Shown here piece after piece: positions 53,191 to 63,900 of a stretch of DNA of 64,000 nucleotides. Position numbers and translations under genes: made by a program. The notes below the pieces were generated by a model that was given only the letters and a program-made list of their open reading frames with translations, made no database searches and was not told where the DNA came from. Source of the stretch: Bacteroidia bacterium (GTDB lineage Bacteria > Bacteroidota > Bacteroidia > 2-12-FULL-35-15); the NCBI GenBank assembly GCA_036386835.1, contig DASVUX010000011.1, forward strand, positions 192,291 to 256,290, in the 5' to 3' direction. Positions within the stretch are counted from its first letter, which is position 1. Every line of letters begins with the position of its first letter.

Positions 53191-55172
53191 TTACTGCCTT
53201 CTGAAAATGTGGAGATCGCAATGATCTGGATCTTTCTTTCAAGTGCGGCTGCAGGGCTGTAAACAGAATTCTTGGTATCATAATAATCATCACTCACATT
53301 CGGCCTGGCTTTTAATTCCCCGATCTGCTCATCGATAAAAGTTATACTGCCCTCATTAGAATTTTGATTATCCAAATACTTTACGAACACTCCATTCTGG
53401 TATTCCATGAAATAATTGCGAAGGCTCGAAATCCTTCTTTTTGCAAGATTAACGTTGTAATCGGTTGATGCCAGCGGGCTGCAGAACCCCTTCATTGTTA
53501 TGGTCACTTTTTCCTTATCCTTTAATACTTTCAGCATCAGCTGCGCGAATTTATCAAGGTCCTGCATACCTGCATCCACGCTGTCGTCAAAGAGATTATC
53601 AATATCGCTGTATGCCCTTTCAATATTCTCCGCGGCAGCACCTTTAGAATATTCCTTTTTATACTGCTCCCGCATAGCGGAATAATCTTCATACGTCTTC
53701 TTATAGTTCTTTGTTGTTGTTGTAGCAAGCGTTTTCTTGTCAGGCTCATCATTGTGAAAATACAATGTAAGTGGCACAAGCAGCTTCATCTGCGTTACAA
53801 AGATCTTTGTACTGTCAACAACCACAGGCGGTTCATCTATCCGCGGGATCTTAAATGTGTAAATGTCATTGCAGCAGCTTTCTTTTTCCTCAAAATAGGA
53901 CCCGATTCGGTTAGACGATAAAAATGCTGCTGTTTTCTGAGAATTTATACTGAAATAAATATCGTTATAACTGGTATTGATGGGTGAACCAAGGTTCTTT
54001 ACATCAGAAAATTCTTTGTCCTTAAATTCGCTTCTGAAAATATCAAAAGCCCCCAGTCCTTTATGCCATGTGGAGGAGAAAAATAGCTCCTGGCAGGGTT
54101 TGCAATAAAACGGTGTGATCTCATCTTCAATAGAGTTTATCTTCTTCCCTGCATTTACCGCCTTATCAAAAGTCCCGTCCTTATTTATTCTGCTGTACCA
54201 TATATCCATCTGGCCTTCACCACCGGGCCGGTTGGAAGAAAAAAACAAGACTTCCTGTTCACCTAGAAAGCCAACCGCAGGCTGCGTGTTATTTGTTCCC
54301 TTTTTATTGATCTCTTCGGGAAGCAGCTGCAATGGGGACCAGTGGCCATCTTTAAAATCTGAAGAATAGATCTCACAATTAAACGACTGTCCGTCTTTCT
54401 GAACGCAGCGGGTTATATAAACTTTTGTAAAATCATTATTGAATGCAGTATTCGCGTTGTGGATCCCGTTCTTGTTAAACAGTGAATCCAGCTCCTCTGC
54501 TTTCTGCCATCTGATGCTGTCCTTCTTTGAAGTATAGATCTTATTATAACTTACATTATTCTTCTTGTCGTGGTCTTTTTTATCCCGTAATGAAGAGAAA
54601 TATAAAACACTGTCCACCTGGATGGGCGCATATTCAGATACTTTGCTGTTCACTGCACTGTCAAGATGGATCACATTTACCGACTTGTCAGCCCCGGCCA
54701 TCAGCAGCTGTGCATAGTCACAGGCAGCAACTTCCTGGATCGCCTTTTTAACGTAATAGCTGTCCTTTTTCTTTTTATTTTTCTTAGCATATTTATCGAA
54801 CATCTTTTTGGCATCCTTGTATTTCCCTTTATTCTTCCTGATCATTGCAAGCCAGAAGGAGCATTCAGGATACAGCTTGCCCTGGGAATCTTTTTTAAAA
54901 ACTTTTGAATACCAGTGGTCGGCAATATCGTAATCATAGTTCAACCGGCTGGCTTCAGCATATTTATACTGGATCGCCATATCGCTGGAGTCCTGGTTAA
55001 TTGCCTGGTTATAATAAATCGCTGCCGAGAAAAAATCATTGTCCGCAAAAGCTTTATCGCCATCTTCAATTAGCTGTTTCAGCTTCTGGGCTTGAAGGGG
55101 AGATGATAGATAGGAGATATTAGATATTAGAACGGCAATAAGAACAAAGAGAACTCTTGAGTATTGCCTCAT
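53187..55172 (-). CDS. OmpA-family protein with N-terminal TPR-like repeats and a TolB/WD40-like beta-propeller (PorE-like architecture)
   Basis: The start is refined to MRQYSRVLFVLIAVLISNISYLSSPLQAQ (ATG at 55172), which avoids the overlap with porP. A TPR-like N-terminus, TolB-like repeats (FSSNRPGGEGQMDIWYS), and a C-terminal OmpA_C motif TDYNVNLAKRRISSLRNYF. Confidence 0.7.
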   Translation of the reverse strand: MRQYSRVLFVLIAVLISNISYLSSPLQAQKLKQLIEDGDKAFADNDFFSAAIYYNQAINQDSSDMAIQYKYAEASRLNYDYDIADHWYSKVFKKDSQGKLYPECSFWLAMIRKNKGKYKDAKKMFDKYAKKNKKKKDSYYVKKAIQEVAACDYAQLLMAGADKSVNVIHLDSAVNSKVSEYAPIQVDSVLYFSSLRDKKDHDKKNNVSYNKIYTSKKDSIRWQKAEELDSLFNKNGIHNANTAFNNDFTKVYITRCVQKDGQSFNCEIYSSDFKDGHWSPLQLLPEEINKKGTNNTQPAVGFLGEQEVLFFSSNRPGGEGQMDIWYSRINKDGTFDKAVNAGKKINSIEDEITPFYCKPCQELFFSSTWHKGLGAFDIFRSEFKDKEFSDVKNLGSPINTSYNDIYFSINSQKTAAFLSSNRIGSYFEEKESCCNDIYTFKIPRIDEPPVVVDSTKIFVTQMKLLVPLTLYFHNDEPDKKTLATTTTKNYKKTYEDYSAMREQYKKEYSKGAAAENIERAYSDIDNLFDDSVDAGMQDLDKFAQLMLKVLKDKEKVTITMKGFCSPLASTDYNVNLAKRRISSLRNYFMEYQNGVFVKYLDNQNSNEGSITFIDEQIGELKARPNVSDDYYDTKNSVYSPAAALERKIQIIAISTFSEGSK

Positions 55173-55336
55173 AAATCCATCGCACATACGTGGACTCTGT
55201 TCAGCATAACCATTATTTACTGCAGCAGGTAATGAAGAGATTGCTTCGTTAGTGCCTCGCTCCTTCGGTCGCCATAGGCTTGCTGCAGACGATGCGCAAT
55301 GACGTTCCGTATCAATGATCCTGGTCTCCGGCATAC

Positions 55337-56353
55337 TTACATATAAATTGGACAAACGCGTTTTTTGGCAACGAAAGGAACGATCTTCTTAAAAATATAA
55401 ATGACGGAGATCTCGAATCCACCTCTGCGGTTTGTTGCTTCGATAAGCTTTGAAGTATTCACATCATAGCTGATCCCGACATTAAAATTCCGGTAATCAA
55501 CGTTGGCTGCTAAAATGAAAGCATCCTTAACACGGTAGAAAGCACCAAGAGACACGGCTGTTTCCAATCCATTCACTCCTTTCAGGTGATATTTACCAAA
55601 CAACCCCAAAAGTGTTTCCTGGAATTTGCCCTGGCGTTGGTACATAAAGCTCGGCAAGATATCAAGTTTCGCAGCCACCGGGATCTGTCCGAGGCCGCTT
55701 ACTGTTGTCTTTATATCCAGGCGGATATCATCATCGTTAAAGAAGGATTGCTTCGGCCTGTTAAGATGGAATGCGGACACACCGAAATTAACTTTGGTGC
55801 GGTTGGTTTTGCGCCAGTAATAAACGAAACCAGCTCCCATGTCAAAATATGTAATGCGTGTCCTGGAGAAGTTCTCACCGCTTGCGAGCGATGCGTTGTA
55901 CTGATCACCGTCATACTGGTTGTCGAATGTAAGGGCATTCACATTAAAACTTTTTGTGGTGATCCCCGGTTGGATAGCAACAGAGAGGAAGTGAGCTGAA
56001 TCTTTCGTAAGCTTTTTGATATATGATCCTGAAAGCAGGACCTGGGTTGTTCCGAAACGTGAATCACCTGATTTGTCATTGTTTATCTGCAGACCAACAC
56101 CGGGAACATCATTTTCAAGCCTGGTTTTTAAACGGGTATCGCCTGCAAGCGAAAAGGTTTTGTAAGGCACCGGGATTGCAGACCACTGGCTCCGGTAATT
56201 CCCGGCAAAGCGCCAGTCGCCATCAAACAAACCGGTTTGGGCAGGATTTAAATTCTGGGGAGAAGCGTTGAACTGGGAATAATGAATGTCCTGTGCATAG
56301 GAAGACCCTATACACAAAAACAGGAAAAATAATATGAGATTATTTTTATTCAT
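55337..56353 (-). CDS. PorP/SprF-family type IX secretion system outer-membrane protein
   Basis: Signal peptide, then the family-typical N-terminus QDIHYSQFNASPQNLNPAQTG. A ~300-aa predicted beta-barrel ending in an aromatic residue. It lies directly after a type-B CTD cargo gene (start codon abuts that gene's stop). Confidence 0.8.
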   Translation of the reverse strand: MNKNNLILFFLFLCIGSSYAQDIHYSQFNASPQNLNPAQTGLFDGDWRFAGNYRSQWSAIPVPYKTFSLAGDTRLKTRLENDVPGVGLQINNDKSGDSRFGTTQVLLSGSYIKKLTKDSAHFLSVAIQPGITTKSFNVNALTFDNQYDGDQYNASLASGENFSRTRITYFDMGAGFVYYWRKTNRTKVNFGVSAFHLNRPKQSFFNDDDIRLDIKTTVSGLGQIPVAAKLDILPSFMYQRQGKFQETLLGLFGKYHLKGVNGLETAVSLGAFYRVKDAFILAANVDYRNFNVGISYDVNTSKLIEATNRRGGFEISVIYIFKKIVPFVAKKRVCPIYM

Positions 56354-59300
56354 CTATCGTATCAATGTTGTATTTCCTTTTTTCCTAAGCTCATCCCCGT
56401 TATAGCATTTTCCTCTTAAATACCATGCAAACACTGCAGGGTCAGCCTTCATGCCGTTATAAAAACCATCCCATCCTTTTGTAATATCATTTGTTTCAAA
56501 CACCATTTGCCCCCAGCGGTTATAAACAGCAAAATACACTTCCGTTATATCATTGCTTCTTACATAAAGAATATCATTCTCACCATCCATGTTCGGAGTG
56601 AATGTATTCGGAACAAAAACATTATCGGCCTTGCACTGCATTGATACCACATAAATAGTTACGGATGCAGTCCTTGGGCAGCCTGTAGAATCAAGGATTG
56701 AAACGGTATATGTGGTTGTTTCAGTTGGAGAAACTTCCGGGTGAAAGCCATGTATATTGCTGACGCCCGTGACCGGAAACCATGTGACGGTAAGGTTCGT
56801 ATCCGTTATTGCATGGATTACAGTGGCGGTGCCTTCAGGAATTGTATCCGAATTTGCAGTTGCCGACAGCGGGTATATATTCGGATCGATCACATACACG
56901 GTTGTGGACTGTGTTTGCAGGCAAGTGTCACCCAGTGAATTTATCGTGCTGATAGTTGCGGTATAGGTTGTTGTAACAGCAGGATTTGCAACCGGGTTTG
57001 CGATTACAGAAGATGAAAGTGATGCAGAAGGAGACCAGCTGTAAGCAAATCCTCCTGTTGCCAGGAGCTGGGTCCCGTTCTTTTCTATACATATTGTGTC
57101 ATCCGGGCTGATGGTTGTGGTAGCACCGTTATAACTTACCTGGACGGTTGTGGTATCACTGCAGCCATTGATGGTACTTGTTACAAGCTCCACATCATAG
57201 CTTCCTGCTGCGGCAAAAAGATGTGTCGGGTTCTGAAGGGTGGATGTTCCCCCGTCATCAAAATCCCACTCCCACGATACAGGCGCTACGGCAGAAGAAT
57301 CGTAGAATGAAAACAGATCGGTGCAGGGCAATGCCGCAAAATCAAAGTCGGCATTTATCCCGGGAAATACGGTGATTGATAATGAAACGGTATCCCATGT
57401 CGAACAGCTTGCGGTATCTTTAGAATATAACTGAACGACATAATTCCCGGAAGGAGTGAATGTCTGTGAAGGATTAAAAACAGTCGAGGTTGTGTTTCCA
57501 TTTCCAAAATTCCAAAGATAAACGGACGAAGATGGATTTTCGTTTGTGAATTGTATTGTTAGAGGATCGCAGCCGCTGGTGACAGGGGATGAGAATTGTG
57601 TTGTATCTGCCTTTAAATACACGGTTGTGGTTAGTACCAGCGGACAGGTATCATTAGATGAATTAACCGTTTGGATGGTTACGGTATAAGTAGTTGCCGT
57701 ATCCGGACTTGCAACCGGGTTAGCGATATTCGGATTATTCAATGATCCCGCGGGACTCCAGCTATAAGCAAAACCACCGCCTGCATTCAGCTGTATCGAG
57801 GTTCCGGTACAGATCGTGTCAGCCGGGGTAACGGAAACCGGTGGCGGCCCGACAAGATTCACCGGGATGCTTATGGTGTCGGCACATCCATTAACTGTTT
57901 GTGTGATCAGCTGAACATTATACACCCCTGCTGAATCGTACAGATGTGAAGGATTTTGAATGGAAGCTGAATCACTATCGCCAAAATTCCATTCCCAGGA
58001 AACCGGTGCAGAAAATGAAGAATCATTAAAGTTTACCTGGTTGGTACATTGCAATGAGGCGTAATTAAAGCTGGCTGTGATTCCCGGGTAAACGGTTACA
58101 TACTGAAATGCGGTATCATATATATTGCAGCTGCCGGGCTTGTTCACGATCAGTTGTACCATGTAGGTACCTGCATCCGGAAATGTATGAACAGGGTTAA
58201 GAACACTTGATGTTGTATCACCTCCGCCAAAATCCCAGAGAAATGTCCCGCCTGTACCGCTTTGATTCTGGAACTCCACAGTGAGGGGGGCACATCCATC
58301 GATATGATCAACAGTGAAATTTGCCTGTGCCAAAGGAACCTGGAAGTCAAGCCTGAAAACCCCGTTATTACAATTGTTGTTTTGGGTGTTATGGTTTGGA
58401 TTTCCGGGCGTTCCCGGCCATGCGCCCGGTGTTACGGGAAAATCATCATAACCTCCGCAGCCTGCGCATACAGACTGATAAACAATTCCCTTTTTATCAA
58501 AACGGCTGGTGCCCCCATCCACATGCTCCCTGCTTTGTCCCCCACCGAAATATGAACCATATAATAAACTGGAAGCATTGGTAGAAAGAACCAGTAAATA
58601 AAAATTGAATCCATCAGTAGACGGTTGAATGGCATTGGGTGTAATCGGCATTCCGCCTGTTAAACTTCCTGTTAAAATATTTCCACCCCAGCCGGAAACG
58701 TAAATATTTTCGCAATAATCCACAAGAAATGCTGAAGGGGAAATAGTCGGGAATGGGGTTCCGTTGCCAAAAACCGTTGAAAATATAACTGTATTCAGTG
58801 AGTCATTTATTTTGGTGATGAACTGTCCGCTGCCGGGGTTGTTGTAGGTTCCCGGGGTCACCGGCATCGACCCCCTTGTTTGTCCCACCACATATACATC
58901 ACCATCCTTGTCAAGCTGTACAAAATATGTCTGGTCATATTGGGCTGTCCCCCAATAAGTAGAAGCGATCATTGCACTGCCGTCCCCTTTGATCCTTGTG
59001 ATGAACCCATCTGCCTGTCCCCCTGAATACGAGGGCCTGAGCACACCTGGAGTTGTGGAAAAATCAAGGCTCCGTGTTCCTCCCGCAACACATACATTGG
59101 AAGAGTCGTCTATGGCAATGGCATAACCGGCATCATTGTCTGATCCGCCAAGGAATGTGCTCCAGAGCAACTGGGACAGATCAGGATTCAGTTTCATGAC
59201 TACTGCGTCCTGCTTGCCGCCAAGTGTGTTATCAATGCTGTTCACCATTGGAAAATCGCTTGACCTGGTTGAGCTGTTAATATATACATTGCCATATTGA

Positions 59301-60685
59301 TCCACGTTGATCTCCCCGCGGTATTGATCCCCGTAATTGTATTGCAGGGAATCATATTGTGATTCATACACCGGCATGCTTTGGCCGGCAACAGGATCAA
59401 AGAAATTGTTTATGAACACACTGTCATTATTGTAATTTGTCCCGTCATTCAGGCTTCCCCCGATATATGTTGAACCAAGTAATGACGTTCCGGCTGAGTT
59501 GAACTTAGCGAGGTAGATATCTGTTCCTCCATAGAAGTATGTCCCGTTGTTATAGAAGTACATGGCTATCCCTCCGTTGAAGGTCGCATCATACGCGTTA
59601 GCACTAACGGGAAAATCCGTTGAGCCCGTTGCACCGTAAAGGAACAATTCATCCTGTGCATTTACTACAAGACTTGTAACCACCTCTGTTCCGGTAAAAC
59701 CTCCGAGATAAGTTGAATACTGAAGAAATGCACCGGAGGAATCATACTTTGTAATTACAACATCCGTTCTTCCGTAAATATATGTGCTGGAACCGTTCCA
59801 GCTTGGATCAAATGCACCTACTGTAGTTGGATATCCCACTCCATAAGCAATTCCCCCGGAGTAAAGGTTCCCATCCGAATCATAAGTGGCAGTCATACCA
59901 AAATTATCCGCAATAGAACCCGAAGATGCTGCAAAAACTAAAACAGGATCAATAATTAACTCTTTGGTTTTATCATATCCGCGGGGAAATTTAAAATGAA
60001 CGATGTTATCCTTCAGAACGAATTTACAAGGCACCTCAACTTCTTTCCCGTCTATTACCTGGTATGCATAAGGCTCCTGCTCCACCATCTCGTTAAGGCT
60101 TGTCTTTAACACAAGGGATCCGTTTTTCAGGCTGATGTTATCAAGGCCTTCGTATAATAAGCGGATCTCGTTGGGATCACCGTTCGGGGCGACAATAAAA
60201 TTATATTTAATGTTATTTTCTTTTCCCAGGACCTGCAGCCCGATTCCTTTATAGAGTTCTTGATAATTTACTTCCTTAAAATTCCTTACTGCGGATGACC
60301 ATTTTGATTTGTCATTGCCCATAAAGAAATTACAATAATCCGGTGTCGGGGCAGTGGATGAATGCGTGACTGCGGATGAAGAGTTAAGGAACGTCATCCG
60401 GAAAGCATGCGTGGCAATGTTTATTGAATTGCCTTTTCCTCCGACATGATTTTTTCTCAGGGTTTCCTTATCATAGAAATTATAGGTAAAGCAGTTTTTT
60501 TCCAGGAAGAGTGCACCGCCATCCAGATGTGCACGATATAACACATTCCTTTCCCACTGGTTTTTATTTTCTGTAAACTTTATTCCTGCCTGGGATTTTT
60601 TAGGCGTACGGATATCGCCTGCAAAAAGAATTGCCGGACTAAGGAAGAAAAACAGCAGAAGATATTTTTTTATGCTTGCTATCAA
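56354..60685 (-). CDS. large secreted SBBP-repeat beta-propeller / PKD-domain protein with type-B T9SS C-terminal domain (1443 aa)
   Basis: Signal peptide MIASIKKYLLLFFFLSPAILFAG. SBBP-like repeats (LGGSDNDAGYAIAIDDSSNVCVAGGTRSLDFSTTPG and similar). Several PKD modules (FLWDFGGGDTTSS, WEWNFGDSDSAS, YLWNFGNGNTTST, WEWDFDDGGTST). Type-B CTD VFVPNTFTPNMDGENDILYV...YNRWGQMVFETND..GWDGF. Confidence 0.8.
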   Translation of the reverse strand: MIASIKKYLLLFFFLSPAILFAGDIRTPKKSQAGIKFTENKNQWERNVLYRAHLDGGALFLEKNCFTYNFYDKETLRKNHVGGKGNSINIATHAFRMTFLNSSSAVTHSSTAPTPDYCNFFMGNDKSKWSSAVRNFKEVNYQELYKGIGLQVLGKENNIKYNFIVAPNGDPNEIRLLYEGLDNISLKNGSLVLKTSLNEMVEQEPYAYQVIDGKEVEVPCKFVLKDNIVHFKFPRGYDKTKELIIDPVLVFAASSGSIADNFGMTATYDSDGNLYSGGIAYGVGYPTTVGAFDPSWNGSSTYIYGRTDVVITKYDSSGAFLQYSTYLGGFTGTEVVTSLVVNAQDELFLYGATGSTDFPVSANAYDATFNGGIAMYFYNNGTYFYGGTDIYLAKFNSAGTSLLGSTYIGGSLNDGTNYNNDSVFINNFFDPVAGQSMPVYESQYDSLQYNYGDQYRGEINVDQYGNVYINSSTRSSDFPMVNSIDNTLGGKQDAVVMKLNPDLSQLLWSTFLGGSDNDAGYAIAIDDSSNVCVAGGTRSLDFSTTPGVLRPSYSGGQADGFITRIKGDGSAMIASTYWGTAQYDQTYFVQLDKDGDVYVVGQTRGSMPVTPGTYNNPGSGQFITKINDSLNTVIFSTVFGNGTPFPTISPSAFLVDYCENIYVSGWGGNILTGSLTGGMPITPNAIQPSTDGFNFYLLVLSTNASSLLYGSYFGGGQSREHVDGGTSRFDKKGIVYQSVCAGCGGYDDFPVTPGAWPGTPGNPNHNTQNNNCNNGVFRLDFQVPLAQANFTVDHIDGCAPLTVEFQNQSGTGGTFLWDFGGGDTTSSVLNPVHTFPDAGTYMVQLIVNKPGSCNIYDTAFQYVTVYPGITASFNYASLQCTNQVNFNDSSFSAPVSWEWNFGDSDSASIQNPSHLYDSAGVYNVQLITQTVNGCADTISIPVNLVGPPPVSVTPADTICTGTSIQLNAGGGFAYSWSPAGSLNNPNIANPVASPDTATTYTVTIQTVNSSNDTCPLVLTTTVYLKADTTQFSSPVTSGCDPLTIQFTNENPSSSVYLWNFGNGNTTSTVFNPSQTFTPSGNYVVQLYSKDTASCSTWDTVSLSITVFPGINADFDFAALPCTDLFSFYDSSAVAPVSWEWDFDDGGTSTLQNPTHLFAAAGSYDVELVTSTINGCSDTTTVQVSYNGATTTISPDDTICIEKNGTQLLATGGFAYSWSPSASLSSSVIANPVANPAVTTTYTATISTINSLGDTCLQTQSTTVYVIDPNIYPLSATANSDTIPEGTATVIHAITDTNLTVTWFPVTGVSNIHGFHPEVSPTETTTYTVSILDSTGCPRTASVTIYVVSMQCKADNVFVPNTFTPNMDGENDILYVRSNDITEVYFAVYNRWGQMVFETNDITKGWDGFYNGMKADPAVFAWYLRGKCYNGDELRKKGNTTLIR

Positions 60686-60907
60686 GTGTTCCGTTGATGA
60701 ATCTATTCAAAAATAAGCAAAATGTCATTCATTTGCTTTGCTGTCTGCCACCAATAAGTAATATTCGCTTCCCAAGCCTGTTTTTAAGACCATTATTTTA
60801 CTGTTCGGGTTGCATCTGTGCTGAAATTTCCCTCATTAAGAATTCCCTGCATTTAACGGCAGCAACTAAACTAATTAATTAAAGTAAAACTAATGGTGCG
60901 CAGTAAT

Positions 60908-63900
60908 TTATTGTATCAGCGTTACATGCCCGATCTTTGATTTTATCTCATCTCCGGAACATTTTGTTTTGTACTTGACTTTCCATACATATACATCAGG
61001 TTTGGTAAGGCTGCCTTTATAAAAACCGTCCCAGCCTTCGTTCTGCTTTTCAGTTTCATAAATCAATTCTCCCCAGCGGTTAAAGATCATCAGATCAAAA
61101 TAGGTGATGTCCGCGCCTTTGCCTGTGAATATGTCATTTAGACCATTTTCATTCGGGGTAAATGAATTCGGGAACCATAATACACCATTACCTAAACCGC
61201 CTTCGATGTTAATCGTGTCGCTCACATAACAACCCGAGGAATTCGCAACAACCCAATATACACCGGCTTCAAGCACCTCAATAGAAGGTGTGATCTCACC
61301 GGTTGACCACAAATAGCTGCTTGCCTGCACACCTGATTCAAGAGTATATCTCTCAACGTTACAAAGCGTTGTGCTGCTTGTCCACGCCACAGGAGGTATG
61401 GCATTTATCAAAGTTGTATCCGATACACTGCAATGCATATTGGATGCAACAACTATGTGTGGTCCTCCTGCTGAGGTTGTGATTGTCTGTGTCTGATCGC
61501 CTGTAGACCAGGAATAAGCTAAAGCTGTGTTGCCGGCATCCAGTGTAACGGATGTTTGCGGACACAGATCGATTGATGAAGGAAGGTTTACCACGGGATA
61601 AGGAACGTAGCTGATATTGACAGTGTCCTTATTCTGGCAGAATCCGACAACAGCTGTTACCCAATACTGGCCCGCTGTTGAAACATTAATGACAGGTGAT
61701 GATGCACCCGTTGACCATAAATAGGTGGCACCGGGGGTGGTCGCATCGAGCGTGATCGCCTGTCCGGCACATAAGGTAGTATCAGGAACCAGCGGAATAA
61801 AATAAACTTCAAAAAGCACAGTGCTCGCAGTGCTGCTGCAGTGCTGATTCGAGGCAGTAACTATGTAGTTCCCTGTTGAGGAAGCATAAATATCCTCCAG
61901 AGTATCTCCTGTTGACCAGATATACTCTTCAGCTGATCCTCCCGGCTGAAGGAGTGCGGAATCTCCGGGGCAAATGGTAATGGCTGGAATGAGGCTTATT
62001 ACAGGATAATCAATGTATCCAATGCTGATCGTATCATTCCGTGTACAGCCGGCAAAGGACAGGCTTACCCAGTATTCCCCGGCCGCTGAGACACTAATTG
62101 AATTGGTAACCGCTCCTGTTGACCACAGGTAAGAAGCTCCCGGATAACTGATATCCAATGTGATCGTTTGCCCCGCACACAGGTTTGTATCAGGCCCCAA
62201 TACAGGAAAAACAAGTTCATAGGTGTTTGTGGCGGCTGTTGTGCTGCATTGAAAATTAGACGCTGTTACGGAATACGTGCCGCTCTCTGAAACAATAATA
62301 TTCTGCGTGGTGTCTGCAGTTGACCATAGGTAAGCTGTTGCCGGAATTCCCCCATTCAGCACCAGCGAGTCATCCGGGCAGATGATTGTTGAGGCGGGCA
62401 GGGTGATCACGGGATAAGGAATATAATTTACGATAATTGTATCTGAACGTGTGCAGGGGCCGAGTGTCACCTGCACCCAGTATTGCCCTGCTGTTGTAAC
62501 TGTGATAGAGGGAGTAACCGCGCCTGTTGACCACAGATAACTTAACCCGGGTTCAAAAACATTCAGCTGTAGGGTTTGCCCGTCACAAAGGGAAGTGTCA
62601 TTTCCCAGGAACGGCTCCAGTATGATCTCCGCGATCTGCAGCGTGTCAGCGGTTGAACAATGATTGTTGCTTACTTCCACCCAGAATTCCCCGGGGCTTG
62701 TAGCAGTGATTGTTTGTGTAGAATCCCCCGAAGACCAGTAATAACCGATGCCCGGCTGGCTGCCGGCATCCAGGAGAAGATTGACGGATTCACAAAGTAT
62801 GGTGTCGTTGCCCAGGCTGACTAGCGGGTATGGCGCAACTACAACTGTAAGATCGGAGGTGTCAGCGAAAAGGCATCCCGTGGAATCAATCGCTATGAGC
62901 CTCACATCATAAGTGCCGGGCAGAGGATACTGATGGGTTGGAGAGGATTGTGTACTGATGGGGCTGCCGTCTCCGAAATCCCACAAATAATTCAATGCAT
63001 TTGCACTCGCATTATTAAAATGCACAGAGTCGCCTGCACAAATAGTGTCGTTCGGAAAAATGTTTGCATCCGCGCTTACCCCGGCTGTCTGGAAATCGAA
63101 TTTAAATACCCCCATGTTGCAGTTGAACGACTTATTAATTCCGGATGAAGGCACTCCCGGAGTTAAAGGAGTATAAGTTGGCGATCCATAAGGCCATGAG
63201 CCGGGTGTAACCGGAAAGTCGTCATTCCCCCCACAACCGGCACAAACGGCCTGGTAAACAATTCCTTTCTTGTCGAAGCGGCTTGTGCCCCCGTCAACAT
63301 GCTCCTGTGTTTGTCCGCCACCAAAATAGGTACCATACAATAATGAAGTTGCGTCTGGCGCCAGGACAAAAAGATAAAAATTAAAACCATCGGTAGCCGG
63401 CTGAAACGCGCCCGGAGTCAGTGGCATATTGGTGGTTGGGGTGCCAAGAAGAATATTGCCTCCCCAGCCGCAGACGTAAATATTTCCGCACACATCCACC
63501 AGAAAGGCTGCCGGGGAAATATTTACCTGTCCGTTTCCATTACCGAAAATTGTGGTGAAAAGCGTTGATGTGAGGGTGCTGTTCATTTTCCAGATGAACT
63601 GTTTACTGTTCGGATTTGAATAGACACCAGCTGAAACCGGCATGCTGCCAAGGGATTGCCCGATAATGTAAACGTTAAAAAAATTATCGAGCTGGATGAG
63701 GAAACTCTGGTCGTATGCATTCGTCCCTATCAGCGTGGAATTGAGAATAGCCGCTCCATCATTGCTGATCTTGGTGACATAGCCATCCGATTGACCACCA
63801 TTATAGAGCGTCCCGATAGCACCTGGTGTTGTCGGGAAATTAACTGAGTTCGTACCACCTGTAGTATAAACGTTGGATTGCGGATCAAGTACAAGGGCAT

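Noticed and set aside
53012-53293. 93-aa minus-strand ORF overlapping the tandem structured repeat and the 3-prime end of the OmpA-family gene
   Set aside because: It overlaps the repeat element and the stop region of a well-supported gene, and has no recognisable features. It is most likely a spurious ORF generated by the repeat.
55173-55355. Extended N-terminus of the OmpA-family ORF overlapping porP by 19 bp
   Set aside because: The 61-aa extension has no signal peptide and overlaps the porP coding end. The internal ATG at 55172 yields MRQYSRVLFVLIAVLISN..., a proper signal sequence.
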